From Eledone cirrhosa (lineage: Eukaryota), in contig OZ024753.1 of NCBI GenBank assembly GCA_964016885.1, positions 4,526,001 to 4,590,000 on the forward strand: 64,000 bases of DNA. Direction: 5' to 3'. The number at the start of each line of letters is the position of its first letter. Position 1 is the first letter of the stretch. Positions 1-13,168 of the stretch are shown in pieces. The position numbers were made by a program, and so were the translations under genes. The notes below the pieces were generated by a model. The model was not told where the DNA came from. It made no database searches and worked only from the letters and a program-made list of their open reading frames with translations.

Positions 1-1175
1 GGAACAGGGCTACAATTTTGGTTGACATTTCTATATGTGACAAGGATTTGTCAACTTGCTGAATATTATTGTCATCAAAATAGGGACAACTTCGGTTTCT
101 ACCACACCGGGACCTTAAAGCATATACTACATCATATCTGCATTAACTAGGAGCCAAAGTTTGGTAGAAAACTGGGTATGGATTGGCTAAATATATGTGC
201 AAAGTATGAAGTCTTAAGCAAAATGCTTCTCTGTTAATGAAAATGTATTATAAAATACAAATTCAGACTGATGCAAGTAAGCATATATGTATATATTTTC
301 CTACTTTTTCTAGCTCTTTTCCCACATATATGTTGATAACATAACTTTATATTATTTCCATGATGGTTCTCAATTATAAGAGCAACAACACTACGAAGAG
401 CAAAATAGAAAAACGAGGTTTGATTTGCCACGTAAACAATTTGAATATATAGATTGGAATTTATAATGATATGTTGCGTAAAACACAAAAACCCACTGCA
501 GATAGAAATGCGTATTAAACAATTAAATTCCAAACAAAACAAGCATCAAAGGAAAACGTATACAACCTCAACAAACTTACCAGATTTAAACAAATCGAAC
601 TACATATTGCTCTCTCTCTATATATGGTCATACACACAAATTCATGGCAGTATATGTGTATGAGTATTTTCTTTTCTCTGGATTACGCTGTCGATGCAAT
701 TTATTAGTAAAATATATACAACTATCACACATCAGCCGTTAATAAATTTCTCAGGATTACCAATAACAATCATTTGCTAAACAAATGATTTTCTAAAGTT
801 TTAAATACTCGAAATCAAGACTTAAAACGGCTGCAGTAAATTATATTTCCAAAGGGCAGTAAAATGTAATTCGTATCCATTTCAAAGACAATTATTTTCC
901 ATATTAGAAATACGAAGCTGTTTACATGGCAGATGATTCATAACGCGGGTCACGTATTGCATAACATTTGAAATCTACTAGTCCTAAGGAATTACCTATC
1001 CTACCTTTTCTTTTTATCCGCAGCCGAGAGACACCATGGAAAGGAATTTCGAATATTTTAAATACAGATAATTTGCCAATATATTTTACAGTTTTATTTG
1101 AACAATAAGAGCATCATATTCAGAGAAATTGCTAACACGCATGGAAACATTGAACACCTTTTATTGACAACAAAA

Positions 1176-1250
1176 ACGGGGTCGATAATATAAAGTACCA
1201 GTAATGCACTGGGTAATTGCTGGCCTTGTGCCAAGTGTAGAAACAATTAT
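1176..1250 (+). mobile_element. 3' fragment of Meta/MESC-core tRNA SINE
   Basis: ggggtcgataa..aagtaccagtaatgcactgggtaattgctggccttgtgcc matches the 3' half of the full copies (e.g. 45255-45446). Confidence 0.85.
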
Positions 1251-1601
1251 TTAATACATTTATTTTTACGCACATAAACATTTTTAAAAACATAACCAAC
1301 ATATAACTAACAAATTGATTTAAATGCCGGTAAAAACAATCTAAAGTTTCAGGGTCCCACGTACTCGATATAATTATTTCTTCTGATATGCCCAGCTGTG
1401 TATATCTGTCTTTCCGGCTTTGTTACAAATACTGAAATAAGCAACTGAAACAGTATGCTTTATTAATATTTTCTCACAGACACACCCCTGTATAATATTT
1501 GGAATTCATGAAGACGTTTAAATACAGATCTTCAAAGTATTGGTTTCTCTGGTTAACATTTAATAATTATGCCGGGAATTATGATTAAATACTATATATG
1601 C

Positions 1602-1664
1602 AAAGGCGGTGCCCCAGCATGGCCTCAACCGGATGGCTGGAACAGGTAAATGAGTAAAAGAGTA
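1602..1664 (+). mobile_element. 3' end of a second SINE family
   Basis: aaggcggtgccccagcatggcc...gtaaaagagta resembles SINE tails I recall from octopus genomes; single copy here. Confidence 0.5.
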
Positions 1665-1686
1665 TGCGCACACACGCACGCCCCCC

Positions 1687-1717
<31 letters not shown>

Positions 1718-2534
1718 ATACATATTTTTTTGTTTTTGTTTTTTTTGTTAGTGTGTGTGTATGTGTGTGTTTGCGTTTTTGTTTACGTGTGTTTGTCTTT
1801 GTGTGTGTACATAGGCGTGAGTTGTTTTTTTATTACAATATCAATTTGTTTTGTTTTTTCTAAATGACATCAGCAACAGCAGAATATTGCAAATTTAAAA
1901 TAACGAGAAAAGTATACAAGATATAACATTTTTAACAACATAATCTATAACGATAAACATTGAGAAAACAATGGAAAACAAGAATTAATTCCGTTAAACA
2001 CAACAAATGATTTAGACAATTAACATTTTTACAAATATATTGTGTCATAGATCTTAAGATACTTGAGATGCCTTAGAAGATTAAACAGCGGTGTGATTTT
2101 ATCACAAATAATAAAGAACACAATGAGATGAAAGCTGCCAAACAAACTGCAAGCAAAAGGGTATTGCTTTTAGTATGAAGGTATTTGTGACATTTTACTT
2201 TTTGTGATCAATAAAAGCAATTATTGAATAAGCTGCACAACTGAAATGTTACATAAACAACACCACTAAAATATCTAGAAACAAAAGCATCAACAACAAA
2301 AACAATATCTCCTACAACAACAACAACGTACATAAAATAAATATTGAAAACATTAAACTTTTTTTAACTCAAACATGGTAAATTTTTACTGAGTATATGG
2401 TGCAAATCCATCACTCACTCGCTGATATATAAATGGTCCTGGAGAACCAAAACGGAAAATATTTAACATGGTATTACTAACTGTGTGATAATATACTCGA
2501 GATATTACAGTCTTATCTCCTGAATAACGATCTC

Positions 2535-2710
2535 TTCTTTCTTCGCCCACCTATTCCTGAGAGGATCGTGGGGACAGAGTCTTCAAATACTCCCTCCAAC
2601 GGATCCTGTCAGAAGCAATCGTGTCCAACTTGACTGGATCCCCAAGCGTAACCAGATAAGCTCATGGATGTTAACTAATCATCTTGCACGGGGTTTACGC
2701 CTGGGTTCCC
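2535..2710 (-). mobile_element. Decayed RTE-clade LINE 3' end
   Basis: Minus-strand translation gives RRKPRAR..IHEL.W.RLGI; homologous to 28170-28230 and 58355-58410. Confidence 0.65.
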
Positions 2711-3709
2711 TACCTAATAATAATAAAAAACACCTTAATTAAAGCACATCTCAAAAGATAATGTTTGTGTGGTGGTGGGGAAAAACAAAGCAAAACATGG
2801 CTTATAGACAAATTCAGCTGGCAAGATGACATCAGTTAATTTAAAGTAGAAAGAAATCCATGAGCAAACGATGAGAAATCTGCAAATTGAGTATTAAAAT
2901 ATAACTTCACTTTTATAAGTATTATTATTGGAAAGGTGTGATATTTACCAATTAGCAATGTATAGAGATCTGGGAGATTTATAAAAATAACATAGTCCAA
3001 TTATCCAGGCGTAATAGAAAATACAGATAAGATTACATTTGCAATAGAGAATGTTTGTGGGAAAGGTGACGGAAACTCCCAAGCATTTGTTTAATCATTT
3101 TCCTGTCACCATTGTCACTAATTACGTGACTCGAGAAACAAAACATTAAAATACTCCAATCAACAATAGAGAATATATAAACACGTAGAAGCATACAGTG
3201 ACCTGGTGATGTGTCCCATAGCGGACGAGGAGTGTATAGGTGCCATACAGAGTATTGGAATATATTATTTGTGATGAGACCTGTAAAAAGGAACCATTAA
3301 CCAGTAAAAATAACGGTTGAATATAAAGAAATATGGTCCTCAGATCTCTGTATAAAATACGCATTTATGAAAACTATTAGGACAACTTGACAGGGCACTA
3401 CCTAATATCAGGCTCATTGATTTTAGAAACAGAAAACTATTAACCTCTAACGGATATTAGGAGATCAATAGTTGTCCAAGAGACCAGAAAAATATTTAGA
3501 TTTATACCTGAGATTTTGGGTATCTGTTAATGCAACTAATTGCATAACAACCAAAGTTTGGGAGCTAAGGTTAGGAAATTCATAAATGATTATGAAAAGT
3601 CAATTAGCATTAATGAACGTCAGAAACATGCAATATATTAAAAAAAGTTTATGCTCTTCTATCAAGGACACACACAGACCGCCAAAAAGATGTACACATT
3701 CATACGTAT

Positions 3710-3905
<196 letters not shown>

Positions 3906-4134
3906 GAAAACGAAAAATCAGTGATGCCTCTGAACTCAATTTATTGTGTGTTACAATTGTTTCCCCGGCAGACAGTTCGAGACGCGATCATGTGTAGATC
4001 TGTCTGATTCTGGGCCCGCAGGTTCGACGGACTCGTCTAATGATTTGGGAGCATATTCTCTCAGTGAGAGAATATGCTCCGAAATCATTAGACGAAATTA
4101 TTAGATTTTTCGTTTTCTTTTCTATCATACTCTT

Positions 4135-4191
4135 CTCTAAGAGCATGGAGTGCTCTAAGAGCTTGGAGTGGTCTAAGATCTTGGAGTGCTC
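4135..4191. repeat. 18-bp tandem repeat, about 3 copies
   Basis: ctctaagagc(a/t)tggagtg repeated three times with substitutions. Confidence 0.85.
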
Positions 4192-4407
4192 AACCGGCAT
4201 ACCGCCTATGGAAGCATCTTAGCTACCATCAGACACACATATATATATATGGTCTTTAATGCGAAGAAATACCTATGATGGCTAGTAGACCACTGATGAT
4301 GGATAGTCCTGGCTTCTATTTCTAATTATTCATTTTAATTTGTATATCACATATGCAACAATACAGCACGCCATTTTTCATCATTATATATGTTTTCTAT
4401 GTTTTCT

Positions 4408-4543
4408 AGCATAGTTACGTCCCTTTTCGGTCTGAGTTCAAATCCCGCCGAGGTTAACTTTGCCTTTCATCCTTACGGGGTCGATAAAATAAAGTACCAG
4501 TAATGCACTGGGTAATTGCTGGCCTTGTGCCTAAAGTAGAAAC

Positions 4544-4548
<5 letters not shown>
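4408..4548 (+). mobile_element. 5'-truncated Meta/MESC-core tRNA SINE
   Basis: B-box-like gagttcaaatcc, core gcctttcatccttacggggtcgataaaataaagtaccag, tail agaaacaatta. Confidence 0.9.
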
Positions 4549-4596
<48 letters not shown>

Positions 4597-5136
4597 CGTT
4601 TTTTTTAATATAAACACTGGAGAGAAGTAGGTGGAGAAATTAAAACAGAACAAATTCTGATGATCACACCTAACAGAACTTTGCATTTCATCATTTCATC
4701 CTTTAAGGATGCTTAGATAACATAACACGATAGCACTGTGGAATATGAGTGCTGATATATCGTCGGATATAAACCCTGTGGTATATCCTTCAGCTTATTG
4801 TGTCATTTGTTTGCTTTTGGCATCGTTGGTACGTTTGTATTTATCTGCGAGAAATTCTGGGACGAGGAAATGGATGAGTTGGATTCATGGAAAATTGCCC
4901 TCCTCCACACTAAATAGCCCTTGCAGTCGTGGTTGCTGGACATCCCCAGCGGCTATTCTTCTGCTATGTTTTTCGAAGGGAGCAGTTGAAATATAGCGCT
5001 CTGACAGTGGTATAGAGTCTCTCCCGCCCATCTTAACTTCTTTTTTCTGCTCTTCCATCTCTTTCCTTCTCGGTTCGTTACGATACAGTACAGTATGTTT
5101 TCCATATTTTTTCTTTAGTTTAATAAACTTACTATC

Positions 5137-5418
5137 TGTCACGTGGGAGTTGCTGTAAAATTACCAATGTAATCTAGCCAACGGGTAACTCCACATACCT
5201 CACCATTTACACTAAGTGGGAGTTCTAGCCATTTATTTAAGGAACAGCCTCGGTATGTGTTCGGTAAAGAGAGCTGAAACACAGGTGTCTCGGACATAAT
5301 CAGGAGTAAAGCCCTATTTCATCTTAACCCCTACTGCAGTTGTATTATTTCTCTCACGAGGAAAACATGTAACCTGTTGATGTAGTTTACTATCTCACGT
5401 GTATACATCAAGACTACA
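5137..5418 (+). mobile_element. Possible solo LTR
   Basis: TGT...ACA ends, TATA-like tatttaa, agtaaa signal; no matching TSD seen. Confidence 0.25.
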
Positions 5419-6285
5419 TAATAATATTATGATAAATGTATAAGCGGTAAACAAGAGAACTGGCATATTTGTCTTCATTGAAAATCTTTCCAAAATGAAT
5501 AATTTCCTGGAACGAAAATATGATTCGCGAAAACAAACATTACCTCCTTTCAAGTTATTCACTACCTTATTAGATTCAAAAGGATTCCAATAATAAGGAA
5601 GTTTCTTAAAATAACAAAAGTATAGTTAATTACTGTATGTCTTAAACTTTTCAAAATTCATAATCACATATAATTATATATAATAACAATCACGTATATA
5701 GCTGCATACACACGCAGAGAAGGATAATGATCATACGTGAAACAATGACAAAATTCATTTAGCTCTACGGATTAACAATTAATTTAGATAACAATATTCT
5801 TATCATACGAAATAAAGAAATATCTTCCAATTTGGCCTGAAAGCTAAGGCAATTGTTTGTTTGTTTTAGCTAGTACTGAATAACTGTAATTAAATTCATT
5901 GTTAGCATTGTTAGAAAAATAATGCTCCTCATTAATAGAGTAATATCATTTATTACAGAAAATTAAGAAAATACAATAAAAAAATATTCTGAGAAATTAA
6001 AAATGAACAAATATCAAGAAAACTATAAAATGTGGTTTTATGAGTTTCAACACAATATAAATTCAGAATTATAATATTTCATGCTTCAATTTACGATACA
6101 TTGAAATATGAATATCAATATTTGATAAAGAATATATAAACATAAATACCAATTAAAATTGGGTAATGTCTATTATACTACATGTATCAGGATTTTTTAG
6201 ATAAACCGCGACTTTTTAGATAAACCGCGACGAAAAATAATACAAAATATATTTGCAAGCCACATACGCTCACAAACGTTCACAA

Positions 6286-6388
<103 letters not shown>

Positions 6389-7307
6389 ACGAGTCTAAAT
6401 GAACGGCAAATGTATCTCCAGCGATTTCAACTATTATATTCGATCGATCAAGCACATGCATTATCTTCCCATTGAATTATCGTTTAATTTGAAGCTTGGG
6501 TGGAATTACCGTGACCATGTGGTATCTTTCAATTTTAGTCACAATATAACTGACGACCATTAGTTCATTTCGTCCCCAATACCACTGAAAAGACATTGAA
6601 TGAATCGAGGCTTTGGTGTATTCACATACCATGATAGGCAATTAGATTGAACCACATTATTCGTTATTTATTCATGCATTTCTTAAAACCTCGGGCACTG
6701 CTCTTAATATGCTCGTGAAATTAATAAATGTGCTTAAAAGAGAATACATCAGGTTTTCATTACAATTATGATCATTGTCTTTATCTTTATTCGAATTTCT
6801 CTTCATTCTATTTGTTTCGTACAACGATTAGATAGGCAAAAGTCTACATATTCTTTAAAGTAGTTGAAAAGTGCTTTTATTCAAATCTACAACACATTTT
6901 CATTATATCAGCTCAAAATACGGTAAATTATTATGATAAACTGTACACATGGTTACGTATAATATTTGCTTAAACAATTTGTTTTTCGAAAGAGTATCTA
7001 TACTAATTCCTATTGTGTTAAAATAATTACGCGTGGAGCAAATTATTCATTAAAATATATTGCCAAACACTAATTCACATCAAATTTTTATTTACAAATA
7101 TTTCATCCTCTTAGGACTTACCAAAATCCATCATTTTATGAACAATTACCTCAACACGTTCATCTTTTCGAACGTATTTATCTTATAGAAATAATAAAAC
7201 AAAGACTATAATCCGAAAAGGGCTCGATAAGGATTGTATATAGATACAAAAATGATATATACACCCGTAGAGCAAATAATATGTATATGTAATAATAATA
7301 GTAATAA

Positions 7308-7344
<37 letters not shown>

Positions 7345-8407
7345 GTGTGTGTGTGTGCGGCTGTTTCTCTATTCAAAATATTTGCACGTAAATAATAGGA
7401 TGTTTTCTGACTAATATTGAATTAGTAATGAAGCTGAATACATATCAATATCATTATCTATTTTTTCTTATATTTGAAAATTGCCATAACAGTTTTCCTA
7501 TAAATCTTATATTAACAGTGTTAACATTTTTTTTTTATTCAATAAAGTCACTGATTATAACGAGGGCTTGCCGCATTCATTTGTCTCTGCAGTATCGTTG
7601 TTAATAAACGTGGTTAGAAAGCCAATAGAAAAACCCTTGACAAAAGCGGTATTTTTTTAACTTCATGTCGATTCTCTGATATTGAGAAGTTTGCATCTTC
7701 TGCATGCTGGGAATTCTAGTGATAATCAATTACCTTTGTTTTTTTAGAAAATTTCAAAGAAAATTAATTTGAAATGTGAATGCGTGAACAGGCTTTCCAA
7801 TATAACCTTCAAACCTTTAAAGGAGATGGTTCTCTAGAGTTTTATGAGTCACACATCATTAAACATTATAATCTCAACAACCGATTATTTCTGAAATTAT
7901 TAACAATGGTTAGTTAATTTAGAGATTTGCCGATTAAATATTTATCTAAAATGTCTTTTCCCTTATACATTATTTTACATAAATCTGTGTTTCACCTAGA
8001 CGTTCTTTAAGGAAACATCCTGGAAATTTGGAAATTACACTTGTTAATTATTTAAGAGGTACACTATCTTATAGACGTATAAAAGTATGCTAGTTTTCAA
8101 TTATCATCAATTAATCAAAGTTTCAATTCTTTAAATTGTCTTATCCATATCCATACTATTTGTAGATGTACGTGCGTCATGAAATGTAGATATCTCATGT
8201 TATCGGTAAGCAATTCTAAAGGAGGTGTTTCTAATTGTTGAAAACAATCCATATTTTTGAAAGAAGTGATAGATACATACATAACTATATACATTCATAA
8301 AAACATATGTACAGAAAATACGATGAAAGCTACTAGTTCAATTCACTTTCCAAATTCCGTCTTCTCAACACGTGATCGTTTATATATGTATATATATGTT
8401 TATATAT

Positions 8408-8769
8408 CTAGCTATCTATCTAGGGCTGGTAAAATTCCCGAGATCCATGGACGAGTTCTCTCCAGCGGTCTCTGTCCCTCATTATCGCTGCCATGTCCTG
8501 CGTCTCCAACAGACCAGTGTCTCCTTAGGGCATCAACATACGTTAACATTGGCCTTCCTCTTCCAGTGTGTCCATGTAGGGGCTCCCACAGGAGCACTGA
8601 GTGCAATGTCAACTCTGGATGTCGGTGAGCATGTCCAGCTAACCTCAGTCAGATTGTGGATGGGTGCTACACGAGAATGCTGAGGATGGCTCTGAACATT
8701 AATCAGTATACACTGAGGATGAAAAACTCAGAGCTGTATGGGAGCCTCCCAAAGGTCAGCTCAAAAGTG
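8408..8769 (-). mobile_element. RTE-like LINE 3' fragment with 5' inversion
   Basis: Minus 8417-8650 encodes LRLAGHAHRHPELTLHSVLLWEPLHGHTGRGRP; plus 8655-8769 encodes the adjoining upstream DGCYTRMLRMALN..LYGSLPKVSSKV; TSD atgtttatatat at 8396-8407 and 8770-8781. Confidence 0.85.
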
Positions 8770-9521
8770 ATGTTTATATATGTTTATATATATGTATATA
8801 TATATATAGTAATAATAATAATAAATTTGAAGACTAAAGGGTGAAAGCAGCGATTCTTTGCTTAAACTTTAATCTGTTATTTTAATAAATATATATATAA
8901 AGTTGTTAACGAAGCTAGCAGAATCGGGATCCGTATAACACCGACCAGTCCATTACTCGCCCAATGAGACATACGAATTCCATCTGGGAGAGTACAAAAC
9001 TATTTCACAGAGTACACACTATATACATTATTCGAAATGGTGACGGTTACACGTGGGTTATAGTAAATTCTATACCATAATTTCCCGGACTATTAATTGA
9101 TTCTGCGAATATGGACTGATCACACACAAGCAGTGCTTATACCATGCAGATATTACATCCTTCCCATCACCAGAATGCTTGTGAATGAATGCCTTGCTCG
9201 TCGAATCGTCAATTACTACTACATGTAGCAGTTACAAACTAATAACAGGTGACGACATAGGATATGAAAGTCAAAAAGCCAACTGTTGCTAGAGGATTTG
9301 GGGGCAGGAAGATCAAATATTGATTTCTTAGCCATAAGCTCACAGACAGTGTGCATCAGTTTGATGTCACTCCACTGCCAAGGCCTGTCATCGTGACCGC
9401 CGACAAGCCCAGCGCCATAACAATAAGCACAACCAAATCAACTTTCTTCTCCTCCTCCAAAGTTATTGAACTTGTACCTAAATCAGAAACCATTATTATT
9501 ATTTTAGTTATTATAATTATT

Positions 9522-9712
9522 AAGTCGGTGGATTGGTAATATCGATAATGAACCAGGCATCATTTTTGGTAAATATTTACAGCCCTTCACCTTCTGATTT
9601 CAAATCTTACAGGGTCGATCAAATAAAAAACCATCAACGCACTGGGGTCGATTTAATCGACATTCGCTTCCCCTGAAATTGATGGCCTTCGACCTAATCA
9701 GAAACTTTTATT
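9522..9712 (+). mobile_element. Old diverged Meta/MESC-core SINE
   Basis: ggtggattgg head, gggtcgat..aaataa, gcactggggtcgat, ggcctt..cctaatcagaaac tail. Confidence 0.65.
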
Positions 9713-10786
9713 ATTGTTGTTGGTCATGTTATTGCCGTCCTCGTAATTTTCAGTTTATTGAATAAATTGTGTATTTGTTTTATTTATTTCGATATGATTT
9801 GGACTTATTTGTATTATTTACCTGTGTTTTTAATAGATCTTTTTGTCCTTCCCAAAATATGTATTACATCACATGTTTTATTTTCAGAAGGACTCTGCCT
9901 CCCTTTATACGATTTCAATATGATGTTTCTATTACAGCTCTTTTATAGTGTGTCTTAGACGATGTAAATATTTCTTTTTTCAGTAATTATTTTTTCTATT
10001 TATTCTTGAAAAGTCACGTAGCATCCAGTTGCGAATTGTGTAACTACAATTAATAACTGAAACAGCGAGACTACTGATGCCTATTACCGTGTTGTTGTAT
10101 TTCGCTGGTTTTATTTAATAATTAATGTTATGCTTCTGTAATAATCCTGTTTAAACTTTTATTTCTTTTTGTGTTTTGTACTCTGTCTAGGTCATTAATA
10201 CGTAAGTATTTATAAGTCTCTGATTAGTCTAATTATCTGGTCTATGATTTGTTATCTAATAAAATATTAATGGTGTTTATTAATTTCAATCTCTTGAATT
10301 ATGCTTTGCTATCCCGAATCTCTTATGTATATGTGTACTGTCTGTGACCTCTCTAGTTTAGATGTTTATCATGTGAAGCCTACACCTGCCGGCCATCCAT
10401 ATGCACAGAATATTTCACTGTCCCCAATAAAACGTAGATCATGTTCCAACTTATTTAATAAAGATATCAACTATGGGGCAGAAATGAATTTGTGTGAGTG
10501 AGTACTCTTGGAATTGTTCTCACATTTTAAGAATAGATTTGTTTTCCTAATTGATTCTTGTCTGTTTATGGAAGACACTTGGCTGTTAACAGCTGCGATA
10601 TTTGATGTAGCTAGATAATAAATATTTTACTACCGTACACTTGGTTACTATATTAAAAATCCACGACTTGGCAACCCCGTTAAATTATAACCCTCACATC
10701 AAATTACATTTTATTTAAACAATTCTCTTTCCTTCTGCACTCAATGTTTGCAGTTTTGTTACACAGAAATGAGCCGTCGTTAAAAA

Positions 10787-11085
10787 GCGTGGTAGTGTGG
10801 TTAAGCTATTCATTAATTCGGATCGTGGTGGTGTGTTGTGTCCTTTAGCAAGTCACTTTATTTCACGTTGCTCCAGTCCACTAAGCTGGCAAAAAGGAGT
10901 TGTCCCTGTAATTCTAAGCGCCAGCCTTATCACATTCTGTGTCCCACAGAATCTCATCGAGACTTATGTTATTGGTACGCATGTATGTAGAATGCGCAGC
11001 CACTTGCACGTTAATTCCATGAGCAAATGTTCCCATTGATCGTATCAACCGGACCTCTCATCGTTTCAACCAACAGAATACGAGT
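10787..11085 (+). mobile_element. tRNA-derived SINE with CORE-like segment
   Basis: A-box-like gtggtagtgtggttaag, then gtgttgtgtcctttagcaagtcacttta..gctccagtccact. Confidence 0.6.
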
Positions 11086-11866
11086 TTAAAAATCTATCCC
11101 GTTATATTAACGTTTGCAGTATCGCCTCTTTTCATTGAAATCTACTCACTTTTGTTTTTCAGGTAATCTCTGAAGGATTATTGGGTTTTTGCAAGCTTTA
11201 TACGGACAGGTTATAAGCCTCTGCATTTGCTGATTTACGGTTTCTTTAGCTTTCTGTATTAAAATGTTTTCCACACAATTGAGTGATCTGTTCATGTTTC
11301 TGTTTCAGAATTATATAAAATGCTGTCCTTGAAAACTAACTTGTTCATTATTCCAACTAGGGGGTAACCAGGGTAAGGGACATTTCATATCTTTTTGCTG
11401 ATTAATATTTTATTTTATTTATTTTTATTTTGGTAGCGTCTGGATTTTTACGAGTTAATACTGCTTCTAACGATTGTAACTTCTACATATTTTCGAATTA
11501 TCTTGTTAATACTATGTTCATATACCGTTACATTTACCGTTACATTAAGTCTACGACGACCATCTGTGTTTTGTTTACTGTTGTGGGTAACTCATTATTA
11601 CATCATTGAAGTGGACTTACTGTTCTATACAGATGAATCTGTTGATTTTGATTATATATATTTTACTGTATGTATATTATTTCATATTCGTAATTGTTAC
11701 CTTCGTTATATTCCATTTCACTCGTATTTTCATTTATGCAATTCTAGTGGCCCCTTTATTGATCTGAATACTGTAGGTATGCTAGGATTTGATATTTATA
11801 TATTCACATTTTTTTTCATTTTTTCGCTTTGCCTTGATCTAGTATACGTTCAGACAAATGAGTCTC

Positions 11867-12520
<654 letters not shown>

Positions 12521-12550
12521 AGAATCAAAGAACTGTTCAAAACATGATTG

Positions 12551-12597
12551 TGCTTACAGCTGTTTCCTCCAAACCGAGGTTTGGATTCTTCGGAGCA
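12551..12597 (-). ncRNA. Type I hammerhead ribozyme motif, family A left arm
   Basis: Exact reverse complement of 12821-12867. Confidence 0.75.
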
Positions 12598-12820
12598 ATT
12601 TATTAATGCATGGACAGTTATATGACCTCCTTTTCAGCCGAGAGACATACCAATACATATTCAAACATTGATACATATTCAAACGATGTGTGTACTGCCA
12701 CTCTAAATTCTGTAATGAATGTTGACCCACAATGTTTGAATATGTATCAATGTTTGAATATGTATTGGTATGTCTCTCGGCTGAAAAGGAGGTCATATAA
12801 CTGTCCATGCATTAATAAAT

Positions 12821-12867
12821 TGCTCCGAAGAATCCAAACCTCGGTTTGGAGGAAACAGCTGTAAGCA
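12821..12867 (+). ncRNA. Type I hammerhead ribozyme motif with CCGAAGA core variant
   Basis: tgct-CCGAAGA-a-tccaaacc/tc/ggtttgga-g-GAAA-cagctg-TA-agca: stem I, stem II and palindromic stem III. Confidence 0.75.
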
Positions 12868-13091
12868 CAATAATGTTTTGAATAGTTCTTTGATTCTTAT
12901 ATTTCATATAACTACTCTGTAAATCATCTGATGTTTTTACATTGAGCTACTTAACTTACTGGTAATAAGGTAGTAATACATTACTGCCTACCACTATTTA
13001 GGGTGTGTGTAAAATACTTACAACTGCTTAAGGTTTTGTGTTTACATAACCATAAATAGTATAACTAATACTATATATATATATATATATA

Positions 13092-13168
<77 letters not shown>

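Larger units (their letters stand above)
12521..13071 (+). mobile_element. Family A fold-back PLE-like insert in (TA)n
   Basis: Inverted arms 12521-12684 and 12734-12897, one-sided tail 12898-13071, TA tracts on both sides, outward-facing HHR in each arm; homolog at 34088-34806. Confidence 0.85.

Noticed and set aside
3146-3560. Possible LTR-retrotransposon integrase relic
   Set aside because: No motif could be read convincingly
4250-4330. tggtc/gacca-CTGATGA as a hammerhead
   Set aside because: No GAAA after the putative helix II
12554-12864. Two near-identical 84-aa ORFs on opposite strands
   Set aside because: Mirror artefact of the inverted repeat; the same applies to 52495-52977 and 53395-53913
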